Shown: positions 43,560-52,834 of the stretch, piece by piece
How the letters are laid out: each line of letters begins with the position of its first letter
How positions within the stretch are numbered: position 1 is the stretch's first letter
NCBI GenBank assembly: GCA_027858235.1
Contig: JAQIDC010000036.1
Span: 10,664 to 74,663, forward strand
DNA from: Patescibacteria group bacterium
GTDB lineage: Bacteria > Patescibacteriota > Patescibacteriia > Patescibacteriales > BM507
Direction of reading: 5' to 3'
DNA: 64,000 nt
The notes under the pieces: model-generated
The model's database searches: none
Told to the model about the DNA's origin: nothing
Seen by the model: only the letters and a program-made list of their open reading frames with translations
Translations under genes and position numbers: made by a program

Positions 43560-43751
43560 TTATTGTTTATTTCTTGATACTATGACTATAGCAAGGAAAA
43601 CCCATATTATCAATAAATAGTTAAGATTAAAGTAAGCAAGGACTATTCTTGGTTTTATAAGTTCCATAACGAAGAAAATAAAAATTGCCCCATTTAACAC
43701 ATAAAATAATTCCCTAGAATACAAATCTATTTTATTAATATTTTTTTTCAT
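43560..43751 (-). CDS. Hypothetical small membrane protein
   Basis: 63 aa with 2 TM, tightly packed between the 481-aa ORF and the SPFH gene. Confidence 0.45.
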   Translation of the reverse strand: MKKNINKIDLYSRELFYVLNGAIFIFFVMELIKPRIVLAYFNLNYLLIIWVFLAIVIVSRNKQ

Positions 43752-45197
43752 TTATTTAAAAATTGTTTTTATTTTTCCAAGCAAGTCAGTTCCTCGCAAG
43801 TCTACTTTTATTTCATCAATTTCGATCGAATCATTAATTTTATCATCTACCCTAAGGCCTGGAATTGAAATTAAAAAACTGTATTTAGAATTCTCTCTAT
43901 AAGCACCAGCTAAATCAATTTTTATTTCTTTTGTAAAATAATCTCCAGATTTTTCTGGTTTCTCGTAATCGGCCAAAATATAATTAATTTCAGTATTTCT
44001 TAAATCAAAGCTAGAATCTATTTTTTTAATATTTGGATTTAACAAAGAATCGAAGTTGAAAGAGAAAACTCCGTTCCCAGCTAAAATGATGTCACCTTTC
44101 TCAAAAATAAGTTCAGTTGTGCTTGCTTCAAGCTCTTGTGAAAATTGTCTGAAAGTTTCTCCAAGAATAAAAGTGCTAGTAGCGAATTGAATTTCTTGCA
44201 CACTGCTGGGGTTTGAAGTTTGAGCATAAATTATATTGCTATCAGTAAATACCGAGAAATCAGAAATATTTTCGTCTGAAATCCAAATCTTATTTAGAAA
44301 AGACAATTTATTTTGTTTGGTCTCAATACTTTTGGTGACGATATCATCCCCCACCCTTAATTCAATCTTATAAACACCCTTTGGCATGTTAACCAAATCG
44401 AAACGCAAATTTCTTAAGCCTGAATTTTCTCCACTGTCATCCTTAACACCATCATCATCAAGATGACCAGAATCAATTAATTGATCTTCGAAATATAGAT
44501 TAATATTAATTTCGTCATCGTCCTTGTTTTTATTTACATCAATAAAACTAAAATCAAAATACAAATCTTCATTATCAATATATGCAAGTATTTGATATGG
44601 GCCTCTCAGGTCAGTCTCAAATACTTTAATACCAGAGCTAGAAGCGTAGTTCTCTAAAACGTAGTCGATATCCAGGTCATAATCATAAATTGCTATTTCT
44701 CTGGTGGCTGGAGGATTTGCTAGAAATGAATCGACAGAATCATAAGTTGAGCTAGCATTATTTGGATTTACAAAAAGAGAAACACCCCCACCCTCAAAAA
44801 CGGCCCACTCATCGTATATATAATTCAGAAAATGATTATCAAGTGGTTCTAACTTATATCTCCATACGGTTTTATCGACTAAGACTCCCGCTTCAATTAT
44901 CGGATTATCTAGAGGATTGTTGTTTTTGTATTTAATGCTCAAAACAGCCTCGTTGAATTTTCTAGGAGTCTCGAGAGAAAAATAAACAGGATCACCTATT
45001 ATTTTCTGAGCTCCTCCAAGTGGAAATTCAACTCTATCCCTAGGGCTTAATTTAGAAATAAATGAGCTATCTTTTTCTAAATCATAAACATAAGAGATAT
45101 GACCGCTTGGCACAATTGCCATATACACAAAAAACAAAACAGCAATAACTAAAATATGCCAAAGAATTATTCTTAATTTTATAATACTCATCTTCAT
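43752..45197 (-). CDS. Hypothetical membrane-anchored extracytoplasmic protein
   Basis: 481 aa with one N-terminal TM and an Asp-rich middle. No family recognised. Confidence 0.6.
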   Translation of the reverse strand: MKMSIIKLRIILWHILVIAVLFFVYMAIVPSGHISYVYDLEKDSSFISKLSPRDRVEFPLGGAQKIIGDPVYFSLETPRKFNEAVLSIKYKNNNPLDNPIIEAGVLVDKTVWRYKLEPLDNHFLNYIYDEWAVFEGGGVSLFVNPNNASSTYDSVDSFLANPPATREIAIYDYDLDIDYVLENYASSSGIKVFETDLRGPYQILAYIDNEDLYFDFSFIDVNKNKDDDEININLYFEDQLIDSGHLDDDGVKDDSGENSGLRNLRFDLVNMPKGVYKIELRVGDDIVTKSIETKQNKLSFLNKIWISDENISDFSVFTDSNIIYAQTSNPSSVQEIQFATSTFILGETFRQFSQELEASTTELIFEKGDIILAGNGVFSFNFDSLLNPNIKKIDSSFDLRNTEINYILADYEKPEKSGDYFTKEIKIDLAGAYRENSKYSFLISIPGLRVDDKINDSIEIDEIKVDLRGTDLLGKIKTIFK

Positions 45198-45285
45198 ATC
45201 TAAATTATAAGCTATATGGTTAAAAAAAACAAAAAAAGACCTATCAATATAAATCTTTTTAAAAAAAGAAATAATTCAACTTAGA

Positions 45286-47838
45286 CTACACTGGAGATTT
45301 TTTCTTGTTTTTATCTATTATTTTATAGGTGTATACTTTTAAGAAATCGTTAAACAGCCACCAAGCTGTCGCATACAGCCACATTATCCCTGCATATTTC
45401 CAGCCAATCGGAATCATAAATACCCCGTAGACGGCTATAAGGGTTCCAATGATTCTAGAACTAAAGGCTGGCAGGAAAAACTTTAAAGAAGGGTATGGTC
45501 TATGCCAAAAATGATTTCGACCAGTTCGTGTTAAATAAAGAGTGGAATGACCAGCTACGTCTAATTTAATAAAAAGTAAAGATTGAATTAAAAGTATGGA
45601 ATAACCTTGCAAATTAAGCCAATAAAACAAAATAAATGAAGAAACTACGCCAGCTAGACCGAGTACTGTAGCGACCGTCAAGACTTCCTTCATATCCCAT
45701 CTTACGGGCTTGTTGTTTCCTGGAGCATTATCATAGGCTATCATCATAACAGGAATATCATTTAAAAGAGCTAGAACAATTATCATTGTTGCCGTTATCG
45801 GATAAGAATCAAAGAATATAATAGACAGGGCCATAAACAAAATAATACGCATTGTCTCGGCAATTCGAAAAATAGCATAACCCTTCATTCTTTCAAAAGT
45901 TTGACTAGCAATACGGATTGCATGATTAATAACAGAGAGCCCTGGAGAGAGTAAAATCAAATCAGCAGCCGCGCGTGCTGCATCTGTTGCGCCTGAAACC
46001 GCTATCCCAATATCAGCCTTTGAAAGCGCTGGAGCATCATTTACTCCATCTCCCGTCATTGCAACAATATGACCAGCTTTTTGTAGTTGCTCAATTATAA
46101 AATATTTATCTTCGGGCATTACCTGAGAAAAACCATTGGAATTTTCAATAAACCTAACAATATCATCCTTATGTTTTTTAATGAATCCATCTGGTAGTCC
46201 ATTCGACCCCAACTCTTCTTTCACTTTTTCAGATATTTTTTCTCCAAAATCTTTTGCTTCCTCTTTCGAGGCAGTTAATTTTAATTTTTTATACAAGCCT
46301 TGGGCAATTATACTACTTAGAGTTGCAAATTCGTCAGAGACACCATCAGTTTTCAATTTTGAAATGTCTACAATATTCAATCCAATATCAAGAAGATCAG
46401 CAATTTGAGTTGCGATGGCATGATTATCACCAGTAAGCATTTTTACATCTACCCCACCTTCCCTTACTTTTTTAATGACAAGAGAAGATTCCTTGCGGGG
46501 AGGGTCAAATAATGGGATTAAACCAACAAGCTTAAAACCGCCTCTTTTTTTATCTTTTATAGCTACTGCCAAGGTTCTATATCCTTCCTTTGCTAAATTA
46601 TAAACATCCTCCATGGCTTTCTCTCTAACTGCCTCATTATCACACATTGAAATAATAACCTGAGGGGCCCCTTTACTCACAAGAAGATTTTTATTTTTTC
46701 CACTAAAACTAACTTCTGTTCTTTTCGTTATTGGATCAAATGGAATAAACTCTTCCTCAACAAATGAATAAATATCATTATCAAAATGATGTTTATTTAA
46801 ATATTCAAATATTGGTGTTTCAATTGGATCTTTATTTTCCCTGCTACTCGCAAGGGCAGCATAAATAAACAAATCTTTTTCCTTAAATTTTGAATATATA
46901 ATTGGCTGACCAACGCTCATCCTGTTTTGAGTCAGTGTCCCCGTCTTATCAATACAAAGTACATCTATTCCGGCCAATTCTTCAATGGCAGAGAGATCGC
47001 TTACAATAGCCTTAAATTTTGAGATAGAGACTGCACCAACAGCCATTGTAACCGAAAGAACAGCTGGCAAGGCAACAGGAATTGAAGCAACTGCCAAGAC
47101 TAGGACAAACTGTAAAACTTCAAAAAAATTATCATGTCTAAAGAAAGCAACAACAATTATTAGAACAGCCAACATTGCAGAGAACAATATTAAGAAATCA
47201 CCAATGCGAATAATTGCTTTTTGAAAATGACTTTGTTGACTAGCCTGAGCTTTCTCAATTAACGTGGTGTTTTTACCAAAATATGTTTTCTCTCCAATAC
47301 TAAGAACCTCTGCGAGCATTTCTCCTATTTTAACAACGGAGTTTGAATAAATTTTATCTCCAATGATCTTGTTAATAGGGAGTGATTCTCCTGTCAGAGT
47401 AGATTGGTCAATTTGTAAATATTTCCCTTGAATTAACTTTGCGTCTGCTGGAACAATATCTCCGATCTTTAACTTGATAATATCACCAGGAACCAAAAAA
47501 CGAGCATCAATCTCCTTGAACTCACCATCACGTAAAACTATTGCTTTTTTAGCAAGCTTTTCCCTCAATATTTCAAGAGCATCTAGCGCCTTTGATTCTT
47601 GTTTATAGTCAATAAAAACATTAACAAAAAGTAGAATTGAAATAATAATAAAATCATCCCATCTTCCCAAAATCATAGATAGCACAGCAGCTATTTCTAT
47701 CATCCAAGGGATAGGACTCCACATTCTTTTTAATAAGCGCTTAAAAGCAGAGTGTCTTTTTATTGGAAGCTCATTAAATCCAAAAGTTTTTTGCAAATCA
47801 GCTACTTGAATTTCGGATAAACCACTAATATTTTCCAT
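45286..47838 (-). CDS. P-type ATPase, type III (plasma-membrane H+-ATPase-like)
   Basis: 850 aa with CIDKTGTLTQN, MLTGDNHAIA and MTGDGVNDAPAL. The N-terminus (GLSEIQVADLQKTFGFNELP) and TM6 (LALLNDIPVMMIAYDN) resemble PMA/AHA-type pumps. Confidence 0.8.
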   Translation of the reverse strand: MENISGLSEIQVADLQKTFGFNELPIKRHSAFKRLLKRMWSPIPWMIEIAAVLSMILGRWDDFIIISILLFVNVFIDYKQESKALDALEILREKLAKKAIVLRDGEFKEIDARFLVPGDIIKLKIGDIVPADAKLIQGKYLQIDQSTLTGESLPINKIIGDKIYSNSVVKIGEMLAEVLSIGEKTYFGKNTTLIEKAQASQQSHFQKAIIRIGDFLILFSAMLAVLIIVVAFFRHDNFFEVLQFVLVLAVASIPVALPAVLSVTMAVGAVSISKFKAIVSDLSAIEELAGIDVLCIDKTGTLTQNRMSVGQPIIYSKFKEKDLFIYAALASSRENKDPIETPIFEYLNKHHFDNDIYSFVEEEFIPFDPITKRTEVSFSGKNKNLLVSKGAPQVIISMCDNEAVREKAMEDVYNLAKEGYRTLAVAIKDKKRGGFKLVGLIPLFDPPRKESSLVIKKVREGGVDVKMLTGDNHAIATQIADLLDIGLNIVDISKLKTDGVSDEFATLSSIIAQGLYKKLKLTASKEEAKDFGEKISEKVKEELGSNGLPDGFIKKHKDDIVRFIENSNGFSQVMPEDKYFIIEQLQKAGHIVAMTGDGVNDAPALSKADIGIAVSGATDAARAAADLILLSPGLSVINHAIRIASQTFERMKGYAIFRIAETMRIILFMALSIIFFDSYPITATMIIVLALLNDIPVMMIAYDNAPGNNKPVRWDMKEVLTVATVLGLAGVVSSFILFYWLNLQGYSILLIQSLLFIKLDVAGHSTLYLTRTGRNHFWHRPYPSLKFFLPAFSSRIIGTLIAVYGVFMIPIGWKYAGIMWLYATAWWLFNDFLKVYTYKIIDKNKKKSPV

Positions 47839-47876
47839 GTAAAATTATAATAGAATAAATCTAAGTATTGTTAAAT

Positions 47877-48077
47877 TTAGAATCCTCCCAAGGCTGAAGA
47901 ATAAGTTGAAATAAAACCAGGGAGAATGAAAATTAGACCAAGCAAAGGAAGAAAAAACATTACTAATGAAATAATTAAAGTCCACATAAAATACTTTCTT
48001 GTTTTCTCAGATGATTTGTAAATATTTTTCAATATCTCATCTTGTGCATCAAGTCTGTTTTTGATATCTTCTTCCAT
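47877..48077 (-). CDS. Hypothetical small membrane protein
   Basis: 66 aa with 1-2 TM. ORF-track only. Confidence 0.4.
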   Translation of the reverse strand: MEEDIKNRLDAQDEILKNIYKSSEKTRKYFMWTLIISLVMFFLPLLGLIFILPGFISTYSSALGGF

Positions 48078-48142
48078 AAATTTGAGTTAATAATTATATA
48101 TTTAGTATACCACCAAGTCTGTTTAATTAAAATTCTTTATTT

Positions 48143-48171
48143 AAAAAGACACTTTGGAAAAGTGTCTTTTT
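48143..48171 (-). terminator. Rho-independent terminator after the HU gene
   Basis: Stem AAAGACACT/AGTGTCTTT with a 7-nt loop and T-run on the minus strand. Confidence 0.75.
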
Positions 48172-48190
48172 AAATATACTAAAATTCAAT

Positions 48191-48472
48191 TTATAGCACT
48201 GCGTCTTTAGCTGCTTTAGCTAATCTAAATTTTACAACAGTCTTAGCTTTAATCTGAATTTTTTCACCAGTTGCTGGGTTAACTCCCATTCTAGCAGCTC
48301 TCTTAGCTTTTACCATTTTACCAAAACCAGGAATAACGAATTCGCCTTCTTTTTTTACTTCAGAGTAAGCTAAGCTTGCTAGCTCATCCATCAATAATAC
48401 AACGTCTTTTTTCGGCAACTCAGTCTTCTCAGATAAAGTTGTCATTAGTTGTGATTTTGTCATTTTTGCCAT
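48191..48472 (-). CDS. hup: HU-family DNA-binding protein
   Basis: Start placed at MAKMTKSQLM (ATG 48472), giving 93 aa. Motifs: FVIPGFGKMVKAKRAARMGVNPATGEKIQIKAKTVVKFR. Confidence 0.9.
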   Translation of the reverse strand: MAKMTKSQLMTTLSEKTELPKKDVVLLMDELASLAYSEVKKEGEFVIPGFGKMVKAKRAARMGVNPATGEKIQIKAKTVVKFRLAKAAKDAVL

Positions 48473-48567
48473 AATTTTAAAATTATTTATTATGCATGGG
48501 GATTTACTTATCCACAAGTATTTTTATTATACATTATTTTTTTTTAAAAGCCAACAATAATCGTGTT

Positions 48568-49029
48568 TTATTCATTGCATTTATAAATACCTCGATTAAA
48601 ACACTTCATAAAGTACAGGGCTAGTATCTGCAAGATTACTGAAAACCAAATAATTAGATGACCATAACTAGAGAGAAAACCTACTAAAAAGCTAGGAAAA
48701 ATGGTGCTAACGACCCCCATCCCAACTGTTGCAGTACACATACCAGCATTAATGCCACATACCTGAAAAGCTGAAAAACCAAGGACGGACAGTATTAAAC
48801 TAAAAACTGATGTTTTATAGGTTCTTGCCAAAATTATCTTCTCTTTTATATTTCTAACTATGCAAGAAACAGAAAATGAAAAACTAAACATGAAAATAAT
48901 CGCAATATATTTATGAACTCCGCCAAAAACACCTTCGGGTAAAAGAAAATAAGAAAGGAGAAAAGCAAGCACAAAAACAATCTTACAGTATATGCTGGAC
49001 ATTACCTTTTGAAGATAGATATTTTTCAT
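48568..49029 (-). CDS. Hypothetical 4-TM membrane protein with membrane-embedded Cys residues
   Basis: 153 aa, including FQVCGINAGMCTATVG. It lies downstream of trx, separated by a hairpin. Confidence 0.55.
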   Translation of the reverse strand: MKNIYLQKVMSSIYCKIVFVLAFLLSYFLLPEGVFGGVHKYIAIIFMFSFSFSVSCIVRNIKEKIILARTYKTSVFSLILSVLGFSAFQVCGINAGMCTATVGMGVVSTIFPSFLVGFLSSYGHLIIWFSVILQILALYFMKCFNRGIYKCNE

Positions 49030-49041
49030 TTTTTTGTAAAC

Positions 49042-49071
49042 AAAAACCCCTTGTTTTAAGAAGGGGTTTTA
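49042..49071 (-). terminator. Hairpin / weak terminator between trx and the membrane-protein gene
   Basis: 10-bp stem AAAACCCCTT/AAGGGGTTTT with an 8-nt loop. Confidence 0.5.
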
Positions 49072-49076
49072 ATGTG

Positions 49077-49400
49077 TTATTTGTGTTTTTTCAATGTTTC
49101 AACCAAACCGTCTTTTGGCTGAACGCCTACAAACTGTTCAACTATTTTACCATCCTTAAAGACTAGTAGGGTTGGAATGCTCATTATTCCAAACTTTGAA
49201 GCTGTTTGCATAGCCTCTTCTGTATTTAGCTTACCAACTACAGCTTCTTCTCCCATTTCTTTAGCAACTTCCTCGACAATTGGACCTTGCATCTTACAAG
49301 GAGCACACCAATCTGCATAAAAATCAACTAAAACTGGTTTACTTTTAGATGCTTCAATTACGTCAGTATCGAAATTAGCATCATTGAAATGTTTTTCCAT
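49077..49400 (-). CDS. trxA: Thioredoxin
   Basis: 107 aa with active site WCAPCK. Confidence 0.93.
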   Translation of the reverse strand: MEKHFNDANFDTDVIEASKSKPVLVDFYADWCAPCKMQGPIVEEVAKEMGEEAVVGKLNTEEAMQTASKFGIMSIPTLLVFKDGKIVEQFVGVQPKDGLVETLKKHK

Positions 49401-49430
49401 ATTTTTATTTATTTAATTATTAATTATTTA

Positions 49431-49619
49431 TTATTGTTTAATTACTTTTATTACTTGTGCTGGACAAACTTCGCTTGCGTCGCTATTGCATCCTACTTCC
49501 TCTATCTCAGCTTTGACTGGATCAACCTTGCCATCATCAGCGAATTGCCAATTATCACACATTGTGCAAGCCCCACAACCGAGGCATTCATCTCTATTGA
49601 ATTCAATTTTATAACTCAT
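49431..49619 (-). CDS. Small single-cluster ferredoxin
   Basis: 62 aa with CLGCGAC ... and a distal CP motif (EVCPAQ). Confidence 0.8.
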   Translation of the reverse strand: MSYKIEFNRDECLGCGACTMCDNWQFADDGKVDPVKAEIEEVGCNSDASEVCPAQVIKVIKQ

Positions 49620-49625
49620 AATATA

Positions 49626-49868
49626 TTATTTCTTAGTTATTTCTTTTATCAATTTCTGCATCATTTCTTTACTCTCTTTTTTACCAGGATCTTTTAAGCA
49701 TGTGTTCATATTTTCTTCAATATATTTATCCATAATAGAAGAAATAGCAGATTTAACTGCTTTCATCTGATTGATAACCAAATAGCAGTTTTTCTTTTCT
49801 TCAATCATCTTTTTTACTCCGTTGGCCTGCCCTATAATGTTGTTTATAAGTTGTTCAGTCGTTTTCAT
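49626..49868 (-). CDS. CsoR/RcnR-family (DUF156) metal/thiol-sensing repressor
   Basis: 80 aa. IIGQANGVKKMIEEKKNCYLVINQMKAVKSAISSIM matches the RIxGQxxG...C...QxxA family pattern. Cys28 and Cys57 are present. Confidence 0.8.
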   Translation of the reverse strand: MKTTEQLINNIIGQANGVKKMIEEKKNCYLVINQMKAVKSAISSIMDKYIEENMNTCLKDPGKKESKEMMQKLIKEITKK

Positions 49869-49896
49869 ATTTTTAATTATAGTTTCAATATATCAC

Positions 49897-49913
49897 ACAC
49901 CCCCCAGGGGTGT
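49897..49913. promoter_or_regulatory. Candidate CsoR-type operator (G/C-tract inverted repeat)
   Basis: ACACCCC-CCA-GGGGTGT, 29 nt upstream of the regulator ATG. CsoR-family operators are typically C/G-tract palindromes. Confidence 0.5.
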
Positions 49914-49928
49914 CAAGAAATAACAATC

Positions 49929-50210
49929 CTATGAAAACCTTTTTAACAATTCTTGTCTAATAATAGCTAAATCTTCATCACTTAGTTCATTGTCTAGGGA
50001 CTCAAACTTATCACAAATTTTTATTATTTCTTCATCTAGCATCACTCCCCCTTCTGGCATAGACTTCATGTCAAAAACAGCTTCCATAACTATATCAGTT
50101 TCCTCATCAGAAAATCCTGCTTGGAATAAAACATTAATAAGGTCCCCGATATCATCGTCTGGGACAACCACATTCTCAAGCTCAATTTTTTCTGTATTGT
50201 TGTCTTCCAT
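49929..50210 (-). CDS. Hypothetical highly acidic protein
   Basis: 93 aa, Asp/Glu-rich. No family recognised. Confidence 0.45.
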   Translation of the reverse strand: MEDNNTEKIELENVVVPDDDIGDLINVLFQAGFSDEETDIVMEAVFDMKSMPEGGVMLDEEIIKICDKFESLDNELSDEDLAIIRQELLKRFS

Positions 50211-50262
50211 TTTTTTAATTTAATATAAAAATATACTAACATTTTTTGGGACATCCATCAAT

Positions 50263-50754
50263 CTAGAACAAAATCCATTTTGGGACATCTTGTTTATAGG
50301 TAGAATATATTAAGCCAAAACGTTTCATTAGGGCTGGCTCTTCAAAAAATATCACATATACGTTAATAAAGACAACTATAAACAAAAAATAATAAAGTAG
50401 AAGAATATAACCTAAAACAAAAAACTCACCTAAAATGATTGAAAAATAGCAAAGATACATTGGGTTTCTAGTGTGCTTGTAAATACCTCGCGAAACCAAA
50501 TTTTGATGAGGTTCAATCGGAGCAGGAGTCCCCTTCCCGAATATTGAAAATAGACCTGTGCAGTACCAAAAGTACAAAGATGAAGCAGATATCAAAACAA
50601 TCCCCATAAACCATAGAATATCATTCTTTAAAATAGCAAAATCATTAGAAATATTCAAAATAACTAAAAATGCCGGGATTATGAGCATAAATAAAGATCC
50701 AGCAGCTAGCCCAGCGATACTTGCTTTTAATATTTTTACAAAATTTATTTTCAT
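50263..50754 (-). CDS. Isoprenylcysteine carboxyl / phospholipid methyltransferase-family membrane protein
   Basis: 163 aa with 4 TM and the motif GIYKHTRNPMYLCY. Confidence 0.7.
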   Translation of the reverse strand: MKINFVKILKASIAGLAAGSLFMLIIPAFLVILNISNDFAILKNDILWFMGIVLISASSLYFWYCTGLFSIFGKGTPAPIEPHQNLVSRGIYKHTRNPMYLCYFSIILGEFFVLGYILLLYYFLFIVVFINVYVIFFEEPALMKRFGLIYSTYKQDVPKWILF

Positions 50755-51740
50755 AGCATTAGCGAGATAACAGAAAAATAAATAAGAACCGAGAGGGTGT
50801 CTTGCAAAATAGTTCCGAAGGGACCGCTGGCATTCGCTGGATCAATTTTCATTCTATCTAGGATAAATGGAATAATAAGCCCCGTAAAAAGTGCTGACAT
50901 TATGGCCACGAATATTGCCACACTAAGAACAATACCAATTTGAAGGTTCCTATAAATAGCTATATCTAACATAAAAAAAGAGACTGCTGAAGCCACAGCA
51001 ATCAAAAACACAATGAAAAAATTTCTCAAAAAATATTTTAAAAAAGAAAAACCGTTGCCAACTGCTAAATCTCTTATTAAGAAAGTTGACATTTGAGTAC
51101 TAACAGCACTTGCTATGTATATGACTAATGGAATAAAGACTATCAAAATTACATTAGTATAAATCTCTTTTTCGAACACTCCAATTATTTTAGCAATCAA
51201 TAAACCTCCCAATAGCCCAACGAAGAGCCATGGGAATCTATGAATAAAAGACTTAAAAATAGAGATATTCATTATATTGTCAAAGTTCCCTTTTGAGTTT
51301 AAGACACCGGCCATTTGAAAGATATCTTTCTCTGTTTCTTTATGCAAAACTCGCAATATATCATCACTTTGCACAACACCTAGAAAATAACCATTTTTGT
51401 CTACAACTGGTACTGCCTTAATTTTGTACTTCAAGGCCTTGTAGACAATTTTTTCCTGGTCAGTACTTGATCTTGAAACAATTAACTCGGAAGTCATTAT
51501 TCGCCTTATCTTAATATCTTTTTTTTGCCTAAAAATTTCCTTGATTGAAGCAACGCCAGCCAATTTTTTCCTTTTATTTACAACATAGACGTAATTGATA
51601 GAATCAAATTTATCAGCATCTTTTATTAAGAGTTTTTCTATTCCCTTAATATCTTCGTCAATATCAACAACAGGAACTAAAGTAGTCATGATTTTCCCAG
51701 CTGTTTCTTTTTCAAATTTTTTAATATTGTTTTCCTCCAT
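50751..51740 (-). CDS. MgtE-like divalent cation channel (CBS pair plus MgtE membrane domain, no N-domain)
   Basis: 329 aa with a tandem CBS region, then 5 TM with GPFGTILQDTLSVLIYF. Its end overlaps the downstream gene's start by 4 nt. Confidence 0.7.
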   Translation of the reverse strand: MEENNIKKFEKETAGKIMTTLVPVVDIDEDIKGIEKLLIKDADKFDSINYVYVVNKRKKLAGVASIKEIFRQKKDIKIRRIMTSELIVSRSSTDQEKIVYKALKYKIKAVPVVDKNGYFLGVVQSDDILRVLHKETEKDIFQMAGVLNSKGNFDNIMNISIFKSFIHRFPWLFVGLLGGLLIAKIIGVFEKEIYTNVILIVFIPLVIYIASAVSTQMSTFLIRDLAVGNGFSFLKYFLRNFFIVFLIAVASAVSFFMLDIAIYRNLQIGIVLSVAIFVAIMSALFTGLIIPFILDRMKIDPANASGPFGTILQDTLSVLIYFSVISLML

Positions 51741-51802
51741 ATTTTTATTATATCATTTATTCACAATAGCCTAAAGACTTAAAAGGATATATAATTAATA
51801 AT

Positions 51803-52834
51803 ATGTTTAATAAGAGAAAAAAACCAAAGGATAAAAAAATATTCAACATAAATATTGTTAGCTGGTTTCTTGGCATAGTTTTTTACTTTTCTTTTTTTGG
51901 CTACGTTTGGTCCCTTGATTTAATAAATGCAGTTATCTTCCTGTTAATAGCAATAATAACTTTTCCGCCTAGCTACAAACTTCTGGAAAATCAATTAAAA
52001 AAGCGTTATGATTTTAGCCTTGGAAGTATTCACAGACTTGCTTTAATAATTTCTTTATTTATAATTTTTAACCTCTTAAATCCATCTGAGCTTAATAAGG
52101 ATATAAGTTTAGAAAATTTGGATGATATAAAACCAAGCTCATTATTAAATCAATTTGAAAACACGGAAGAAAAAGTTGCGGAATCTAATGAAAATATTGA
52201 ACTCAAAAAACTTACTAGCTATAAAGTAATAGACGTTATTGATGGGGATACAATAAAAGTAAATATTGATAATCAAATAAAAACAGTTCGTCTCATTGGT
52301 ATAGATACTCCAGAAACAGTCCACCCCGAAAAACCAGTCGAATGCTTCGGCAGAGAATCTTCACAAAAGTTAAAAGAACTTCTCTCGGGAGCTGAAGTTT
52401 ACTTAGAAAAAGATAAAACTCAAGACAATCTAGACAAATACTCACGTCTTCTCCGTTATGTTTATCGTAATGATAATTTGTTTATCAATAAATGGATGAT
52501 TGAGAATGGCTATGCTTATGAATTTACATATGAAATACCCTATATTTACCAAAACGATTTTAAAGAAGCCGAAACAAGCGCCAAAAATAACAAATTAGGC
52601 TTATGGAGTGACGATGTTTGCATTGACTTTGATTCACAACCAACAGAAGAAAACAAAAAATATTGCCTAATAAAAGGCAATATTTCATACAACACCGGTG
52701 AGAAGATATATCATCATCTTGGATGTGATGAGTACGAAAAAACTATCATAAATACAGCTAAGGGTGAAAAATGGTTTTGCTCTGAAGAAGAGGCGCTTAA
52801 GGCTGGCTGGAGAGTGGCAGAAAGTTGTCCTTAA
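51803..52834 (+). CDS. Membrane-anchored thermonuclease (SNase) with a C-terminal Cys-containing domain
   Basis: 343 aa with N-terminal TMs and an SNase core (IDGDTIKV...VRLIGIDTPET...RLLRYVY). The C-terminal IKGNISYNTGEKIYHHLGC...WFCSEEEALKAGWR is a motif seen on secreted nucleases. Confidence 0.85.
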   Translation: MFNKRKKPKDKKIFNINIVSWFLGIVFYFSFFGYVWSLDLINAVIFLLIAIITFPPSYKLLENQLKKRYDFSLGSIHRLALIISLFIIFNLLNPSELNKDISLENLDDIKPSSLLNQFENTEEKVAESNENIELKKLTSYKVIDVIDGDTIKVNIDNQIKTVRLIGIDTPETVHPEKPVECFGRESSQKLKELLSGAEVYLEKDKTQDNLDKYSRLLRYVYRNDNLFINKWMIENGYAYEFTYEIPYIYQNDFKEAETSAKNNKLGLWSDDVCIDFDSQPTEENKKYCLIKGNISYNTGEKIYHHLGCDEYEKTIINTAKGEKWFCSEEEALKAGWRVAESCP

